DNA from: Candidatus Iainarchaeum sp.
GTDB taxonomy: Archaea; B1Sed10-29; WALL01
Length of the DNA: 36,339 nucleotides
Direction of reading: 5' to 3'
NCBI GenBank assembly: GCA_021162685.1
Contig: JAGGYF010000036.1
Location: 1 to 36,339 of the forward strand
The translations under genes were made by a program, and so were the position numbers. Below, in pieces: positions 17,186-24,933 of the stretch (positions within the stretch are counted from its first letter, which is position 1; every line of letters begins with the position of its first letter). A model generated the notes under the pieces. The model saw only the letters and a program-made list of their open reading frames with translations, made no database searches and was not told the origin of the DNA.

Positions 17186-17683
17186 ATGAAGGGCCTTTCT
17201 GGAAAAGAATTAGAACTTGTTTCATTTCTCGAGCTGAAGGAAAAGTATTTTTTTACGAGGGATGATGTGAGAAGTTTCTTCAAGAATGTGAACGAGATGA
17301 ACGTGTACCTGCACAGGTTGAAGAAAAAAGGGAGAATCATGAAGCTGAACAGGACCAAGTATTTTCTCGTTCCCGTGAAGGCGTTTAAAGGCTTCTGGGC
17401 AGAGCACCCCTTTGTTATCGCGGATGAGATATTCAACGGAAAAAACTATTTCATCAGGGGATTGGCCGCAGCGCACTACTGGGGCTTGGTGGAACAAATC
17501 CCGACGCAAATAGAAGTGGCTTGCACGAACAAGCAGGGAAAGAGAAAGCTCTTTGGTTTCACGATTATTTTCAAGAGAGTGAGGCCAGCAGGCATGAAGG
17601 GTTTCGTGAAGAGAAAGATAGGGAAGCATCCTTTCAGGATAATGTCAAAAAAGAGGGTTGAGCAATGGCTGAAATCACGTTGA
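17186..17683 (+). CDS. Type IV TA antitoxin, AbiEi family
   Basis: wHTH (LHRLKKKGRIMKL), AAAHYWGLVEQIP motif, upstream of AbiEii. Confidence 0.85.
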   Translation: MKGLSGKELELVSFLELKEKYFFTRDDVRSFFKNVNEMNVYLHRLKKKGRIMKLNRTKYFLVPVKAFKGFWAEHPFVIADEIFNGKNYFIRGLAAAHYWGLVEQIPTQIEVACTNKQGKRKLFGFTIIFKRVRPAGMKGFVKRKIGKHPFRIMSKKRVEQWLKSR

Positions 17684-18426
17684 TAAGCAAGGCAGAACTA
17701 AAGCACATTGCTGGAAAAACGGGCTTCAATCTAATCTATCTGGAAAAAGACTATTTCCTAACCATACTACTGTACTTGCTTAAAGACATTGGGAGCATCT
17801 GCTTCAAAGGAGGTACTGCCTTGAACAAGATTTTCCTTGACCACACGCGCCTCAGCGAGGACCTTGATTTTGCATGTTCTGGCAACATAAAAAAAGTAAG
17901 AAAAGAAGTGCTTGAGGTTCTAAAGAAAAACAAGGATATTTTTCCAGATTATAAGTTTGAAAACCAGACAAAGGATTTTTTCCGTCTCAGAATCTTTTAC
18001 AAAAGCTATTTTTCTAAAACAAGTTATGTTGTCCTTGACGTGAACAGCAAAGCATCCATCCACAAGAAACCAGAAGCGAAAACAATACCTCATTTTTATG
18101 ATGGAATTCCTCCATTCAAAATAAAGACATTAGCACTTGAAGAACTGGCAGCAGAAAAAACAAGGGCACTGATAACTCGAAACCAACCTCGAGATTATTA
18201 TGATGTTTACATGATTCTACGAAATAAACATAAAATAAACAAAACCCTCCTAAGAAAAAAGCTGTCCGAAGCAGGCGAACAATTTGACGTAAATAGGATA
18301 TTCAAGAACGCTAGAAAGATTTACTCGAAGTGGGATGAAGAGATAAGCCAGCTAACAAACAAGCCAGTTGCTTATGCCTCTGTAATCAAGGCACTCCAAA
18401 AAGAGTTCGGCTACAAGAGCAAGTAA
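17665..18426 (+). CDS. AbiEii/AbiGii nucleotidyltransferase toxin
   Basis: EKDY, FKGGTAL, RLSEDLDF, AEK..AL..R..PRDYYD motifs. Confidence 0.93.
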   Translation: MAEITLISKAELKHIAGKTGFNLIYLEKDYFLTILLYLLKDIGSICFKGGTALNKIFLDHTRLSEDLDFACSGNIKKVRKEVLEVLKKNKDIFPDYKFENQTKDFFRLRIFYKSYFSKTSYVVLDVNSKASIHKKPEAKTIPHFYDGIPPFKIKTLALEELAAEKTRALITRNQPRDYYDVYMILRNKHKINKTLLRKKLSEAGEQFDVNRIFKNARKIYSKWDEEISQLTNKPVAYASVIKALQKEFGYKSK

Positions 18427-18508
18427 CCACCTCATTTCTGCAGAAATGACTTGTGTCTGTCGTTTTTCAGCCACAGCTCAAAGCCGTATGGCTTGTTTCT
18501 CCCAAGAC

Positions 18509-18928
18509 CTATTCTATAATTTTTTCGATTTCTCTGATGAATCCTTCGGCAAATTCTAATGCTTCCTCGGCCTCTATCTTTGTTGCAGAATATCTCACAT
18601 CGTAAAGCACGCCATGCCTTGATGTCCTGTATCTGTCCAGCAGAGCAATTAGCTCACTGGGAATTTCGGGATGCTTTGCTTCTAGGTATCTAATCACGCA
18701 CTCATGACTTTTTTCGCGGTAACCATCTCTAAAAAGAACCGCACGCGCGGCGTTGAACGCGGCAGAATAAGACATAACCAAAGCAGAATCAAAAGAGCTA
18801 TTTTCAAAATTACTTTTCGCTTGTGCCAATAGGTTATCTGCCTTTTCCATGCTTTCCTTCACAAGCGTTTCAGCATAAGGAGACCTTTGGATGTACCCTT
18901 TCCTAAAGCACTCTTCCAGATTAAGCAA
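18509..18928 (-). CDS. HEPN domain protein
   Basis: SYSAAFNAARAVL, KSHECVI, RHGVLY; TTG start after GGGGTGAGG. Confidence 0.88.
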   Translation of the reverse strand: MLNLEECFRKGYIQRSPYAETLVKESMEKADNLLAQAKSNFENSSFDSALVMSYSAAFNAARAVLFRDGYREKSHECVIRYLEAKHPEIPSELIALLDRYRTSRHGVLYDVRYSATKIEAEEALEFAEGFIREIEKIIE

Positions 18929-19469
18929 TTGCCTCACCCCACAAAACAAAAGAGTTATATAAAGAGTAATAAAAGGGGTTTCCTCGCTTGCACAAGTCCT
19001 CTACTTGCTCCTTGCCCAAAGCAGTTAACTGCACGTTCACCCCAAGTTTCTCGGATATCTCCTTCTGGGCTTTTGCAACCCTCACAGCTTCAGGCCTCTT
19101 CTTGACCTTAACCCACAGATCTAGGTCGCTCCTTTCATGATTGGTTCCAGTAAGCCAGCTACCATAAACTCCGATACCTATAGCTTCGGGGATATGCTTT
19201 TTTATTGACTCAATTACCTTACGCTCTAGCAAGCTGTTTATGTTAAAATATATTTTGAGAAGTCGCACATTGGGGTTGGTTAACGAAATGCTATTTCTTT
19301 CAATAACTCTTTGTTTTCTTAAAAGCTTGAGAAATTGAGAAACAAATCCCGGACTAACGTTGTTCTCTTTTGCTATTGCCCTTACTCCAAGCAGTGTTCC
19401 TGGTTCTGATACTAAGTACTTCAACACTCTTACTTTCTTAGGTGAGGAGAATATTGACTCTGTTTTCAT
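18921..19469 (-). CDS. HTH-fused minimal nucleotidyltransferase (MNT antitoxin)
   Basis: N-terminal HTH, YGSWLTG....SDLDL motif. Confidence 0.9.
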   Translation of the reverse strand: MKTESIFSSPKKVRVLKYLVSEPGTLLGVRAIAKENNVSPGFVSQFLKLLRKQRVIERNSISLTNPNVRLLKIYFNINSLLERKVIESIKKHIPEAIGIGVYGSWLTGTNHERSDLDLWVKVKKRPEAVRVAKAQKEISEKLGVNVQLTALGKEQVEDLCKRGNPFYYSLYNSFVLWGEAIA

Positions 19470-19473
19470 ATTG

Positions 19474-19509
19474 TAAACGTATCGTTTGTGATATATAAAC
19501 ATATCGTTT
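19474..19509. promoter_or_regulatory. Tandem palindromic boxes, candidate MNT-HEPN operator
   Basis: TAAACGTATCGTTT (19474-19487) and TAAACATATCGTTT (19496-19509), 22 bp apart, overlapping a TATA-like sequence. Confidence 0.6.
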
Positions 19510-19588
19510 TCTTATTATAAACACATACTAACAGTGTCTCTTTGCAGGCTCTAGAGCCGTATGGGCAGTTATCATAGGTGTTCCAGCC

Positions 19589-20332
19589 TCAAAAAAACAG
19601 CATCTTCACTCCTGAAGCAATAACGAACAGGGCAAACAATCGTTTCACCCATAGGTCTCCTTTCTTTAATGCAACATGAGCGCCGATATAGCCACCAATT
19701 GCCATGCCCACAAGTAAGATTATCCCCACAGCATAGTTGATGATTCCATTCATAGCAAAGATCACCAGTGAAGCTAAGGAGAGGACAAACCAAGGTATGA
19801 TGTTTGTCGCAAGCACTTCAATCATTGTAAACCCAAGGAAATAGGTAAGTGTGTAAAAGATTAATGGTCCTGTTCCTTGACCAAAAAATCCACCGAATAT
19901 CATAATCAGGAAATAGATGAACAAACCTAATACTGACTTTGATTTGGTTGTTTTATTTCGTTTGATACCTATGTTTTGCTTCAGAAATGCAAATGGTAAA
20001 AGGGCAAGTAGAAAAAATCCTACTGCCCTTTGCAAAAGATTGGAATCTATGTTTAACAAAATGTTCGCACCGATTAAAGAACCAATCAAGCTGATTATTG
20101 AGAGGATAGCGACATATTCCCAAATGATTTTCTTGGCTTTATGGAACTTGAACAATGCAGTAGATGTTTGGCCAATTGTTCCAAATCTGTCTGTTGCTAT
20201 GGCAACCTGTGGAGGAAAACCAAGAAACATAAGTGCAGGTATAGAAATCAGACCACCTGCTCCAAGCACTGAATCAAAAAAGCCTGCGGTCATGCCTATA
20301 AACAGTGTGGACAGCAATACTACAAATTCCAT
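19589..20332 (-). CDS. TSUP (TauE/SafE) family transporter
   Basis: AGFFDSVLGAGGLISIP, GGFFGQGTG, GGYIGA. Confidence 0.92.
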   Translation of the reverse strand: MEFVVLLSTLFIGMTAGFFDSVLGAGGLISIPALMFLGFPPQVAIATDRFGTIGQTSTALFKFHKAKKIIWEYVAILSIISLIGSLIGANILLNIDSNLLQRAVGFFLLALLPFAFLKQNIGIKRNKTTKSKSVLGLFIYFLIMIFGGFFGQGTGPLIFYTLTYFLGFTMIEVLATNIIPWFVLSLASLVIFAMNGIINYAVGIILLVGMAIGGYIGAHVALKKGDLWVKRLFALFVIASGVKMLFF

Positions 20333-20559
20333 TGGATAAATTTCTCTGCTGGGTTTTTTAATATTTTATGCTGTAATTACGGGTATGGTCTCGCTACTCC
20401 AGTTATTCAGCATAATTGCTTGTATAATTGCTTTTGTTGCGAGTATAATGGTGTTATATCTAACCAGAAGGAATAGATAGTTTAATATACCCCAACATTC
20501 AAAAATCCACTACAAAACACTAATTCTGTGTTTTGTTAAAAATAAAGAGAGTGAATAAA

Positions 20560-20988
20560 ATGCAAACAGATATAGCTGACCTCAAACCAAGAGGTCGTGA
20601 ATTAGATGTAACCTTTAAGGTTATTGAGAAAACAGATGAGAGAGAAGTAACATCAAAGAGTGATGGAAGCAAGCATAAAGTAGCAGAAGTAAGAGTTGGA
20701 GATGCAACAGGAACTGTGCTTATGACACTATGGGATGATGCAATTGATTTAGTGGAAGAAGGCAAAACGTACGAGCTGAAAAATGGCTACACATCTCTGT
20801 TCAACAACACGATACGATTGAACGTTGGTAGGAATGGAGAGCTAGTTGAGAAGGAAGAGGAGATAGAACCAAATACAGAGAATGATGTTTCCCAGAAGGT
20901 GTACGAAAGAGAGTTCAGACCAAGAAGATTTGAAGGTGGGAGCAGAAGAAGGTTTGATAGAGGACGAGAAAGGAGAAAACGCTGGTAG
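20560..20988 (+). CDS. Single-OB-fold single-stranded DNA-binding protein (SSB/RPA-like)
   Basis: VGDATGTVLMTLWD...LKNGYT...LNVGRNG OB-fold. Confidence 0.9.
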   Translation: MQTDIADLKPRGRELDVTFKVIEKTDEREVTSKSDGSKHKVAEVRVGDATGTVLMTLWDDAIDLVEEGKTYELKNGYTSLFNNTIRLNVGRNGELVEKEEEIEPNTENDVSQKVYEREFRPRRFEGGSRRRFDRGRERRKRW

Positions 20989-21005
20989 ATTGCCAGCACC
21001 TATTT

Positions 21006-21191
21006 CTATTTTTTCATAAGCTTAGTGTAAGCTCTGTTCAGTAATTCTTCATGTGCTTTCTCGTCAGCGATTGTGAGTTTCAGCAGTTCAAGAATTTCTG
21101 GGTCTTGTATACGCTTCACATATGACATATAGAAATCTATTAGGTGTTTTTCTCTCTCCATATCTGATTTTAGTATTTGTTCAATATCCAT
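21006..21191 (-). CDS. Small ferritin/rubrerythrin-like protein (two-helix half)
   Basis: E...FY...DEKAH (ExxH) pattern, GGGGTG SD. Confidence 0.7.
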   Translation of the reverse strand: MDIEQILKSDMEREKHLIDFYMSYVKRIQDPEILELLKLTIADEKAHEELLNRAYTKLMKK

Positions 21192-21243
21192 ATATGCACC
21201 CCACCTACACTGTTTTTATAGGAAAGGTTCCCATAAAAAACCT

Positions 21244-22098
21244 ATGCTTTGGCTTTGGGTAACACTATCTGCTGTTTTTATAAATGCCTTGGGGAAGATA
21301 ATACATAGATACATACTGAAAGATGAGGATGCAATAGGTTATGCATTTATCTGGAGTTTTCTGTCTGCTGTGTTCTACATTCCTTTGCTGGCTATAGAGC
21401 CATTAAGGTTGCCAACAACACAATTAGAATGGATGGGGTTTTTCCTAGCAGTAGCATTGTGGCTTATCATAAACATTGTTGGGTTCTATTCCATAAAACA
21501 TACAGAGATAACACTAAGAACACCACTAAATACAATCAAGATTGTCTTGATACTATTGCTTGGAGCAGTATTCCTGCATGAGGAGATTACCACATGGAAG
21601 GTTTTTGGAACACTGCTTGTCTTTGCTGGTGCATTTGTGATAACATGGAAGAAGGGGGCACTTGGTCATCTAACAGAGTATGGTGTTAAACTTACGTTAT
21701 TAACTTCATTGCTAACAGCGTGTGTTGCAATCGTTGATAAGTTCAATATGAATAATGGTATAAGCCCTGCGTTTTATGGTATGATGATGTATCTTGTTCC
21801 CTCGCTCTTCCTCGGAATCATGACGCGCTCTAGGATAGCAGGATTCAAGAAGTTGTGGGAGAATAAGGCGCCATTTGTCATACTCGCTGCATTATGTTAT
21901 ACTGGTATGTATTACCTGCATATGGTTGCATACACACTTGGGGATGTCACAAACGTATATCCTGTGCTACAATTAACCACACTTGTTACTGTTATACTAG
22001 GTTATGTGCTTCTGAAAGAAAAGACAGAGATAAAACAAAGAATTGTTGGAGCCATATTGATGATTATGGGTGCAGTCCTCATTGCTCTTGGCGCCTAG
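21244..22098 (+). CDS. EamA/DMT family transporter
   Basis: Two-repeat multi-TM protein, FLHEEIT and LLKEK motifs. Confidence 0.9.
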   Translation: MLWLWVTLSAVFINALGKIIHRYILKDEDAIGYAFIWSFLSAVFYIPLLAIEPLRLPTTQLEWMGFFLAVALWLIINIVGFYSIKHTEITLRTPLNTIKIVLILLLGAVFLHEEITTWKVFGTLLVFAGAFVITWKKGALGHLTEYGVKLTLLTSLLTACVAIVDKFNMNNGISPAFYGMMMYLVPSLFLGIMTRSRIAGFKKLWENKAPFVILAALCYTGMYYLHMVAYTLGDVTNVYPVLQLTTLVTVILGYVLLKEKTEIKQRIVGAILMIMGAVLIALGA

Positions 22099-22435
22099 CA
22101 AGAAGATATGAAACAAGTGCAGAATAATGCGGCAAAAGGTTTTCAACTGTTGGTTTGGCATCACCAATCTTCTCTTCTATCTCACTGAATCGCTTCTCGT
22201 GGTGATTATTCATAAAAATATCAGCGGACTTATTTTTTGGAAGATTGGCACTCTCTATTGCCTTGAACAATGCTAAAGCATGTGCTGCCTCCCTTGAATC
22301 CTTACTATAAGTAAATGTTCGTGAGAATCTCCTTCCCCATGCATCTTCATATGAGACATCTAATCTTATTTCATTCCCTCTCTCTTTCAAACGGAACCTT
22401 GGTCCAAGGTAAATCTTTCTATCAACAGCTGGCAT
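22079..22435 (-). CDS. Hypothetical protein
   Basis: 118-aa ATG ORF filling the gap, no recognised motif. Confidence 0.6.
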   Translation of the reverse strand: MPAVDRKIYLGPRFRLKERGNEIRLDVSYEDAWGRRFSRTFTYSKDSREAAHALALFKAIESANLPKNKSADIFMNNHHEKRFSEIEEKIGDAKPTVENLLPHYSALVSYLLARRQEQ

Positions 22436-22450
22436 AACTATATTTTATAC

Positions 22451-22590
22451 AATGTCATTAAAAATATGTTATGGGATCGTGGGGTGGCTGTGCAGCGTCC
22501 CTAGGGGGCTTCGCCCCCTGGCTACCCTGGGAAGCCCACCCCTTCCCTCATAATGTCATCAAAAATATGTTATGGGATCGTGGGGTAGCT
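22451..22590. mobile_element. 62-nt hairpin element (22490-22551) flanked by 39-bp direct repeats that include tRNA-Pro nt 1-17
   Basis: 22451-22489 vs 22552-22590 differ at 2 positions; the insert is homologous to 4646-4706. Confidence 0.85.
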
Positions 22591-22646
22591 TGGTATCCTC
22601 GCGGCTTCGGGAGTCGCAGACGGGAGTTCAAATCTCCCCGATCCCA
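22574..22646 (+). tRNA. tRNA-Pro(CGG)
   Basis: GGGATCG/CGATCCC acceptor, GCGGC-TTCGGGA-GTCGC anticodon arm. Confidence 0.96.
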
Positions 22647-22776
22647 CTTCAGCTCCTTTCTTTTTAGAAAAAAGAAAGTAGTTGGCAGTCAAAGAAAAAC
22701 TAATCTTCTCTTCCTTTGAGAAGCATATTACTGTGGTGCAGCTTTCAGACGCCTTTTGGATCTCCCGATCCCACCA
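22632..22776. mobile_element. ~110-nt hairpin insert between the tRNA-Pro 3' end and a duplicated 3' end carrying CCA
   Basis: ATCTCCCCGATCCCAC (22632-22647) vs ATCTCCCGATCCCAC-CA (22760-22776). Confidence 0.75.
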
Positions 22777-22812
22777 ATGTTTTTAAATGAGTACAGACAA
22801 AACAAATTACGC

Positions 22813-22903
22813 CCCCGCTTAGCTCAGTCTGGTAGAGCGGTCGGCTGTAGATGGTAGCTCTGCCGATACCGACAGGTTGCCGGTTCAAATCCGGCAGCGG
22901 GGA
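22813..22903 (+). tRNA. tRNA-Tyr(GTA) with a 17-nt intron (22851-22867)
   Basis: CCCCGCT/AGCGGGG acceptor (C1-G72), GTCGG-CTGTAG|A-CCGAC. Confidence 0.93.
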
Positions 22904-22904
22904 T

Positions 22905-23034
22905 GCCCCGGTGGTGTAGTTCGGTTTATCATCTGGGACTGTCGTAGCCCTCAAGGGAAGAGGGTAGAGGGAGAAACCGTAGGTGTCTCCTCTGCAGATA
23001 TCCCAGGACTCGGGTTCAAATCCCGGCCGGGGCG
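22905..23034 (+). tRNA. tRNA-Asp(GTC) with a 55-nt intron (22945-22999)
   Basis: GCCCCGG/CCGGGGC acceptor, TGGGA-CTGTCG|A-TCCCA, BHB helix CTGT/GCAG. Confidence 0.92.
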
Positions 23035-23142
23035 CTTTTTTGTGGGGAACCGAGAGGTGCTCATTATAATATCAAATATAAATGCGTAAGCACTTGGAGG
23101 GGGATAGGATGAAAGAAAAGATAATTGCCCCCTTTATAAACC

Positions 23143-23160
23143 AAAAAGCTTTTATATATA
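23143..23160 (+). promoter_or_regulatory. BRE/TATA promoter of the RNA polymerase operon
   Basis: AAAAAG-CT-TTTATATATA upstream of rpoH. Confidence 0.6.
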
Positions 23161-23208
23161 AAGTAATATAACATATGGGGCAATTTGTCTTATTTTGGAG
23201 GAGCTAGC

Positions 23209-23445
23209 GTGCTAGACCCGAGTATCATTTTAAACCATAAACTCGTGCCAAAACACGAGAAAATATCAAAGAAGGAGGCAGAGGAGCTTCTGAAGAAGTA
23301 CAATCTGACGAAGGACCAGCTCCCTAAAATAAATGAAGATGATCCTGTTGTCAAGGCCATAAAGGCGAAGAAAGGGGATATCCTAAAAATAACGAGAAAA
23401 TCATTGACTGCGGGAGAGGCGGTTTCTTATAGAATTGTTTACTGA
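23209..23445 (+). CDS. rpoH: RNA polymerase subunit H (Rpo5)
   Basis: HKLVPKHE, QLPKI...DPVV, RKSLTAG; GTG start after GGAGG. Confidence 0.96.
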   Translation: MLDPSIILNHKLVPKHEKISKKEAEELLKKYNLTKDQLPKINEDDPVVKAIKAKKGDILKITRKSLTAGEAVSYRIVY

Positions 23446-23455
23446 GGTGAGATGT

Positions 23456-24928
23456 TTGTATAATTGGGAGGTAGCAGAGGCGTTTCTAAATGAGAATGGA
23501 ATAATAAAACAACACATTGATTCTTATAATGATTTTATTGACAATAAGATACAGGAAGCAATTAATGAGACAGGTGTTATTGAGGCACATCAGAAGGGGG
23601 TTGTTTTAAAACTTGGAAAGGTTAGGCTAGAAAAGCCAAGGGTCACTGAAGCAGATGGTAGTAAGAGGAAGATACTACCAATGGAGGCAAGATTGAGAAA
23701 CAGGTCATATATGGCTCCAGTATATCTTGAGATGACACTTGTTCAAGATGGCATTGAGAGGAGTACTGAAGAAGTATTGATAGGAGAACTTCCAGTAATG
23801 GTTAAATCAAAACTATGTTACCTAAGCGAGATGAGTGATGATGAGTTGATAAAAGCAAAAGAAGATCCTATGGATCCTGGTGGATATTTCATAATCAATG
23901 GCTCTGAGAGGGTTCTGGTTGCTATTGAGGACCTAGCACCCAATAGAACAATCATCTCAACAGAGAAGAGAAGTGGAAAGGATGTAACTGTTGTCAGAAT
24001 CTTTTCTGTTTCTGGTGGGTTCAGAGCAAAGATTGGCGTTGAAAGGAAAAGCGAGGGTATATTCTATATAAGCTTCCCAGCCTCTCCAAAAAATTTGAAT
24101 ATTGTTCCTGTGCTAAAGGCATTAGGATTGTCCTCTGATAAGGATTTGTTTGCAGCATTCCACGGGAAGAAGAATATCATAAATGACCTCATGTTGAATA
24201 TGGAAGCAGTAAATGTGAAAACACAAAAGGAAGCGATTGATTACATTGGTAAGAGGGTTGCTGCTGGGCAACCTGAGGAGTATAGAAGAGCAAGGGCATT
24301 ACAAATCCTTGATAACTATCTTCTGCCGCACATTGGAAAAGATGAGTCGTCACGTCTGAAAAAAGCGTATTTCTTGTGCAAGATGATTGAAAAAGCAACA
24401 GATGTTGCTACAAAGAAAAGAGGAGAGGATGATAAGGACCACTATGCAAACAAACGAATAAAATTGTCTGGAATGCTAATGGATGAGTTGTTTAGATATG
24501 CACTTGGGTATTTTGTTAAGGATGTTAATTATCAGATAGACAGGGTGTTTGCAAGAGGAAAGAAACTTCAGATAAAAACACTTGTAAGGCCAGATGCGAT
24601 GACAGACAGGATAAGATATGCTATGGCAACAGGTAATTGGGTTGGTGGAAGGACTGGTGTATCGCAGTTATTAGATAGGATAACGTGGATGTCCGCTGTA
24701 TCACACATGAGAAGGGTTATCTCACCGCTCTCAAAGGTACACCCACACTTTGAAGCAAGAGACCTTCATCCAACACATTGGGGTAAGATATGTCCAAATG
24801 AGACACCTGAAGGACAGAGTTGTGGTCTTGTTAAAAACTTTGCTATAGGGTGTGTTGTCTCAAGGGAGTACCCTGAGGAGAAACTTGAGAAAGAACTGAA
24901 TAGGTTGGGGGTTGTCTTCAAGAAGTAG
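23456..24928 (+). CDS. rpoB2: RNA polymerase subunit B'' (Rpo2N)
   Basis: [29 protein letters not shown]; TTG start after GAGGTGA. Confidence 0.96.
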   Translation: MYNWEVAEAFLNENGIIKQHIDSYNDFIDNKIQEAINETGVIEAHQKGVVLKLGKVRLEKPRVTEADGSKRKILPMEARLRNRSYMAPVYLEMTLVQDGIERSTEEVLIGELPVMVKSKLCYLSEMSDDELIKAKEDPMDPGGYFIINGSERVLVAIEDLAPNRTIISTEKRSGKDVTVVRIFSVSGGFRAKIGVERKSEGIFYISFPASPKNLNIVPVLKALGLSSDKDLFAAFHGKKNIINDLMLNMEAVNVKTQKEAIDYIGKRVAAGQPEEYRRARALQILDNYLLPHIGKDESSRLKKAYFLCKMIEKATDVATKKRGEDDKDHYANKRIKLSGMLMDELFRYALGYFVKDVNYQIDRVFARGKKLQIKTLVRPDAMTDRIRYAMATGNWVGGRTGVSQLLDRITWMSAVSHMRRVISPLSKVHPHFEARDLHPTHWGKICPNETPEGQSCGLVKNFAIGCVVSREYPEEKLEKELNRLGVVFKK

Positions 24929-24933
24929 GTGAT

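Noticed and set aside
19525-19575. Integron attC site (CTAAC...GTTATC)
   Set aside because: Too short, poor R/L box pairing, and no integron integrase; kept only as a generic border motif.
22471-23089. ORFs 22471-22719, 22745-22954 and 22877-23089
   Set aside because: Artefacts of the tRNA cluster and repeats.
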